64,000 nucleotides of DNA from Armatimonadota bacterium (lineage in GTDB: Bacteria > Armatimonadota > SYMT01), in the NCBI GenBank assembly GCA_046292385.1, contig JBKBRF010000012.1:32001-96000 (forward strand), in the 5' to 3' direction. Within the stretch, counting starts at the first letter, position 1. Each line of letters opens with the position of its first letter. The translations under genes and the position numbers were made by a program. Below the pieces are notes generated by a model that saw only the letters and a list, made by a program, of their open reading frames with translations, ran no database searches and had not been told where the DNA came from. Positions 59,868 through 64,000 of the stretch are shown here, piece by piece.

Positions 59868-62317
59868 TGCGCAACCCCCTGGACCGGTTCGCGGACTGGC
59901 TGGCCGTGAAGGCCGCGCAGCGCGTGGTCTCCCGGCTCCCCTACTCCGGCCGGACCGGCGCGGGCTACGGGGCGCGATTCACGGGGAGCGGCTGGGAGTT
60001 TGTCGACTACCTGGCGACCGGTGGCCGGCCGCTGCCGATCCAGCCCCACGAGGCCGGCGACCTGCGCCTCAACTCGATCGTGGCGGCGTGCCTCCAGTGG
60101 ATCTCTACCTCGTGGCCCCAGGCGGTGCCGCAGGTCGGGACCCTGAACGGCGCGGAGTTCGTGCCGGACAAGAAGCCGCACCCGCTCACGGTGCTGCTCC
60201 GGCAGCCGTCGCCGCACTGTAACGGCCGCTGGCTGATCGCGGCGCTGAACGAGGATTTCTGGTTTCGGGGAAACGCCTACGCCCAGATCATCACCGGGCG
60301 CGGCGGGCTCCCGGCGGAGCTGAACTACCTGCCGGCGCGCAGCTTCACTCCCGTGGGGGATGACAAGGGCTACCTGTCTCACTACCGCTATGAAGCGGGC
60401 ACGGGGACCTACGAGGTCGACCCGGCGGAGATCCTGCACTTCCGGTATGGCATCAGCGATGAGAACCCGCTGGAGGGTGTCTCGCCGCTGCGGTCCGGCT
60501 TCCGGGAGATCGTGACCGACAACAGCGCCAGCGACTACGCGGCGGGGCTCTTCCGGAACGGAGGGATGCCCCCGGCGCTCCTGACGCCGCGGCTGAACAA
60601 GGACGACCTGACGGGCCAGGCGCTTCTCTCCGCGGACGATGCGGAGGTGCTGACCAAGCAGCTCTCGGAGAAGATCCGCGCGCAGCCGGGACACCTGCGC
60701 TTCATCAGCGCCGCGATGGAGCTGCTGCAGCTCTCCTTCAAACCCGGGGAGATGGGGCTGGAGATCTGCCGCGAGGAGCCGGAGACGCGCATCCCTGCCC
60801 TCTTCGGCATCCCGCCGGTGGTAGTGGGGCTGCGGGCCGGGACCCTCCGGAGCACCTACAACAACGTGGAGACGGCGTTCCGACAGGCCTGGAATGGCTG
60901 CCTTAGCCCACTCCAGGATTACTTCGCGGAGGTCTTCACCAACCGGCTCCTGCCGCTCTACCCGGGCAGTGAGGGCAAGGTGGTCCGGTACGACCGCTCC
61001 AACGTGGGCGAGCTGCAGCCGGACATGAACGCGCTCCGGGATCAGGCGCGGAAGGATCACCAGGCGGGGATCATCACGCTGGAGGAGGCGCGCGCCGAAG
61101 GCGGCCGCCAGACCGACGAGAAGACCCGGCAGCAGCTCCAGCAAGAGCGGGAAGAGCGGATGCCGCCGGCGCTGGCGGCCGGGGAAGACCCGAAGCCGGA
61201 GCCGGACCCCAAGAAGGACCCGAAGAAGGAGAAGGAGGGCGACGGGCGCAAGTACCGTGATCCCTTTCGTGTGAAGTCGAGCTCCGAGCTCTGGACCACC
61301 CTCGACTCCTTCCGGACGGCCCTGCGGGGACACGAGGACTCCGCCGTCGAGCAGATGACGGCGGCTTACGAGACCACGCGGGAGAGCATCCAGGGGAAGC
61401 TGGACGCCCTCACCGAGCGGATGGAGCAGGCCGAGGCCGCCGGAGAGACGATCTCCGAGGCCTGGCTCGCGCAGGAGACCCGATACGAGGAGCTGCTCTC
61501 CCAGATCGAGGCCTCACTCTCGGAGCTGGCGGCGGACCAGGCGGAGCCGCTGGCGGAAGCGCAGCGCGGCGCCGTCACCGCGGCGGCCGACTACGCGCAG
61601 GATCTGACGCGGGCGGCGCTGGGAGAGGCTCCCGAGGGGGTCTCCCTCACCTGGAACCGCCTCTCGAAGGAAGCGCTCGAAGCGTTCGTCGGGTTCGCCG
61701 GCGACGGTAGCCCGCTCCATCAGCTCCTGGAAGAGCTGGGGCCCGACGCCCGGGACCAGGTGAAGGACGCCCTCCTCACCGGGATCGCCGAGGGGCGGAA
61801 CCCCCGCGCCATCGCCGGCGAGATCTCGAAGGCGCTGGACGGCAACCGGGCCCGCGCCCTGACGATCGCCCGCACCGAGGTGCACCGGGCGAGCCGGGAA
61901 GCGTCCCGCGAGAGCTACGCCGCCAACAGCGACGTGGTCGAGGGCTGGACCTGGGTCGCCAAGCTCGACACGGAGACGTGCGCCGGCTGCTGGGCGATGC
62001 ACGGGAGTCACCACGCGCCGACCCAGATCCTGGACGATCACCCGAACGGCCGGTGCGTGATGGTGCCCCGCACGAAGAGCTGGGCCGAGATCCTGGGCGA
62101 CTCATCCATCCCCGACACCCGGCCGGTGATCCCGACCGGCGAGAGCGAGTTCCTGAAGCTCTCGGAAGAGCAGCAGAAGGAGATCCTCGGGCCGGGGATG
62201 TGGAAGCTCTGGAAGGACGGCAAGGTCCAGTTCAGCGACCTGGTCCACCAGGAGACGGATGAGCGCTGGGGCACGATGCGCCGGCCGGCGACCCTAGCCG
62301 AGGCGCAGGGAGCGTGA
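59867..62317 (+). CDS. portal protein fused to a minor head (Mu gpF / SPP1 gp7-like) domain
   Basis: HK97-like portal (HPL..LL..P, GNAY, EILHFR, G.SP, I..LFGIPP..VG), then a charged linker, then RA.TIARTE, W.A.LD..TC..C and HPNGRC. Confidence 0.9.
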   Translation: MRNPLDRFADWLAVKAAQRVVSRLPYSGRTGAGYGARFTGSGWEFVDYLATGGRPLPIQPHEAGDLRLNSIVAACLQWISTSWPQAVPQVGTLNGAEFVPDKKPHPLTVLLRQPSPHCNGRWLIAALNEDFWFRGNAYAQIITGRGGLPAELNYLPARSFTPVGDDKGYLSHYRYEAGTGTYEVDPAEILHFRYGISDENPLEGVSPLRSGFREIVTDNSASDYAAGLFRNGGMPPALLTPRLNKDDLTGQALLSADDAEVLTKQLSEKIRAQPGHLRFISAAMELLQLSFKPGEMGLEICREEPETRIPALFGIPPVVVGLRAGTLRSTYNNVETAFRQAWNGCLSPLQDYFAEVFTNRLLPLYPGSEGKVVRYDRSNVGELQPDMNALRDQARKDHQAGIITLEEARAEGGRQTDEKTRQQLQQEREERMPPALAAGEDPKPEPDPKKDPKKEKEGDGRKYRDPFRVKSSSELWTTLDSFRTALRGHEDSAVEQMTAAYETTRESIQGKLDALTERMEQAEAAGETISEAWLAQETRYEELLSQIEASLSELAADQAEPLAEAQRGAVTAAADYAQDLTRAALGEAPEGVSLTWNRLSKEALEAFVGFAGDGSPLHQLLEELGPDARDQVKDALLTGIAEGRNPRAIAGEISKALDGNRARALTIARTEVHRASREASRESYAANSDVVEGWTWVAKLDTETCAGCWAMHGSHHAPTQILDDHPNGRCVMVPRTKSWAEILGDSSIPDTRPVIPTGESEFLKLSEEQQKEILGPGMWKLWKDGKVQFSDLVHQETDERWGTMRRPATLAEAQGA

Positions 62318-62335
62318 TAGATCGACGCATCTCCC

Positions 62336-63172
62336 TTACTGAGGAGAGCGAGTGAGCGGCCCAACGGGCTCGTGGTGAAGTACAACTCGGGCGTTGTCCC
62401 CGAGGTGACGGATCAGGATCGCACGGCCGAAGTGTCGCTTCGAGCGCGCCAAGGGTGCGCACATCATCTTGTCGCTATAGACCCGCAGCACCACTCGCTC
62501 CGGATTACCAGGAACGACTAGGTAGGACCGAGTCAACGCCGCCTCAGCCGCGCCATGGATTAGCCCGTAGCTCGTCGTCAGGGCGAGGATGCTAAATGCT
62601 AGCGTGGGGAGTCTCCACCGGTCCCACCGGCGAAGGGCTGACGAAAGATCCGGGGCACGACTCAGGTAAAGTGGAGGCGCGATCAGCACGGCGATGAGGG
62701 CGGCGAGCGAAAGCAGCAAGTGCCATTGGAGAGTTCCCATGAAGTAGGCGCCGACGCCGGATAAGACCAGGACGTACACCGCTGTCAATCTGAGCATTCC
62801 CATAAACGCTCGCTGCACCTCTCGTCGCCAGTTAACGTTCAGCTCGCGCGCTTGCTTGATCAGCAGCTCACGTAGGCTCTCCTCCGGGCCCGGGATCACC
62901 AGCATCAGCGGCAGGGAGATAAGGCCGAAGAAGAGGAGCGGAAGCAGCGAGCGAAACACTTCGCCCGGTCCGATGACAATGAACTCTACCGGCACTCCGT
63001 ATGCCGTGCAGGCGCCGATCTCTCGCGTAAGGGCAACGAAGTAGGCCGCGACGCTGAGGGCGACCGGCAGCACGGCCGCAACCAGGCTGTCCGGTAGTAT
63101 CCATTGCCGATCTGGTGTGTGTTGGCTCTGTTCCATCGTTCGCACAGGTCGCCCCGCGATCAAGATGAGCAT
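62336..63172 (-). CDS. multi-pass membrane protein (moron in the head operon)
   Basis: About 5 hydrophobic helices; antisense to the structural genes; lower GC. Confidence 0.6.
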   Translation of the reverse strand: MLILIAGRPVRTMEQSQHTPDRQWILPDSLVAAVLPVALSVAAYFVALTREIGACTAYGVPVEFIVIGPGEVFRSLLPLLFFGLISLPLMLVIPGPEESLRELLIKQARELNVNWRREVQRAFMGMLRLTAVYVLVLSGVGAYFMGTLQWHLLLSLAALIAVLIAPPLYLSRAPDLSSALRRWDRWRLPTLAFSILALTTSYGLIHGAAEAALTRSYLVVPGNPERVVLRVYSDKMMCAPLARSKRHFGRAILIRHLGDNARVVLHHEPVGPLTRSPQ

Positions 63173-63213
63173 TACGGGCTCTCGACGCTAGGCAACCACT
63201 TTACTGAACAACG

Positions 63214-63241
63214 GGCCGGTTCCTCCGGGAACCGGCCTTTT
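63214..63241 (+). terminator. intrinsic terminator-like hairpin
   Basis: GGCCGGTTCC-tccg-GGAACCGGCC-TTTT. Confidence 0.55.
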
Positions 63242-63276
63242 GCATGGTTGCCGTGTGGCGACCGCCGAGAGGCACG

Positions 63277-64000
63277 ATGCAGCTTCAATACAAATCTTTC
63301 GAGTTCAAAGCCGCGGGCGAGGGCTTGGCCGACGGCGAGTTCGCCGGCTACGGCAGCGTCTTCAAGGTGGTCGACACCTACGGCGACATCATGGGGCCCG
63401 GCGCCTTTAGCAAAACGCTGGACTTCTTCCTGGAGAACGGGCAGGTCCAGTGGCAGCACCGGATGAGCCAGCCGATCGGGAAGCCGATCGAGGCCCGGGA
63501 AGACGCCAAGGGCCTCTGGGTCAAGGGCAAGATCTCCGACACCGCGATGGGCCGCGACGCCCTGACGCTGGTGCGGGATGGCGTCGTCCGGAAGCTCTCC
63601 ATCGGCTTCGTCACCAAGGGCTACGAGGTGCTCTCCGAGAGCCGGGCCCGGGAGATCCTCGGCGACGCCGGCTACGAAGAGGCGATCAAAGCGCTGCCCT
63701 GGTGGGTGGACGAGCTCCGCCTCATCACCGAGGTCAAGCTCTACGAGGTCTCTCTGGTGAGCTTCCCCGCCAACGAACAGGCGGAGATCGTCTCCGTGAA
63801 GGCCGCGCCGGATGGCCGGCTGCCGGAGACGGAGCGACAGTTGGAGCGGTTCCTGCGGGATGCAGGGTTCAGCCGCAAAGCCGCGGTGGCGATTGCCAGC
63901 CACGGCTTCAAGGGGCTCCAGCGGGATGCTGCGGGCGAGCGTGAAGACGACACGAACGGAGTTCTGGACGCGCTGAAGCGCGCCGAGCTGGCGCTCCAGG
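63277..64000 (+). CDS. HK97-family prohead protease, 3' truncated by the window edge
   Basis: F.GYGSVF..VD.YGD...PGAF, WQH....PIG, ED.KGL.V.G, LSIGF and LYEVSLVSFPAN; absent from the ORF track because it has no stop. Confidence 0.93.
   Translation, partial: MQLQYKSFEFKAAGEGLADGEFAGYGSVFKVVDTYGDIMGPGAFSKTLDFFLENGQVQWQHRMSQPIGKPIEAREDAKGLWVKGKISDTAMGRDALTLVRDGVVRKLSIGFVTKGYEVLSESRAREILGDAGYEEAIKALPWWVDELRLITEVKLYEVSLVSFPANEQAEIVSVKAAPDGRLPETERQLERFLRDAGFSRKAAVAIASHGFKGLQRDAAGEREDDTNGVLDALKRAELALQ

Larger units (their letters stand above)
30246..64000. mobile_element. temperate prophage (left part) integrated at tRNA-Leu; right end beyond the window
   Basis: Integrase abuts the tRNA 3' end, followed by lysogeny, recombination, replication, lysis, terminase, portal and protease genes in lambdoid-like order. 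Confidence 0.93.

Noticed and set aside
30246..64000. Reverse transcriptase, DGR, retron or toxin cargo in the prophage
   Set aside because: I saw no RT motifs or template/variable repeat pair in this part; the tail region lies outside the window.

Overview
GC-rich bacterial chromosome window in two parts. Positions 1-30.2 kb are host DNA: a few accessory genes (Uma2 nuclease, RelE/ParE-like ORF, GH65 lipoprotein, YkgJ, DUF951, two zinc-ribbon membrane proteins, ferredoxin), a dcw cluster (rsmH-ftsL-like-ftsI-murE-murF-mraY-murD-ftsW-murG-murC-ddl-ftsQ-DUF881 x2-sbp-ftsA-ftsZ), a membrane pyrophosphatase and tRNA-Leu(CAA). From the tRNA 3' end to the end of the window lies the left part of a temperate prophage: integrase, ImmA/repressor switch, Bet recombinase, iteron-containing replication gene, PRTRC-type ParB/ubiquitin-like/E2/E1 cassette, morons, lysis, terminase, portal-minor head fusion and prohead protease. 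The most striking signal is an exact 18-bp palindrome, TTATGCCACGTGGCATAA. It occurs four times across the prophage, 7-10 kb apart, and I did not see it in the host half. It resembles parS in size and core, and one copy sits at the start of the ParB domain. This suggests a phage-encoded ParB clamp with its own loading or operator sites, linked to a ubiquitin-like conjugation module. All calls come from reading the sequence and motifs; no database searches were run.
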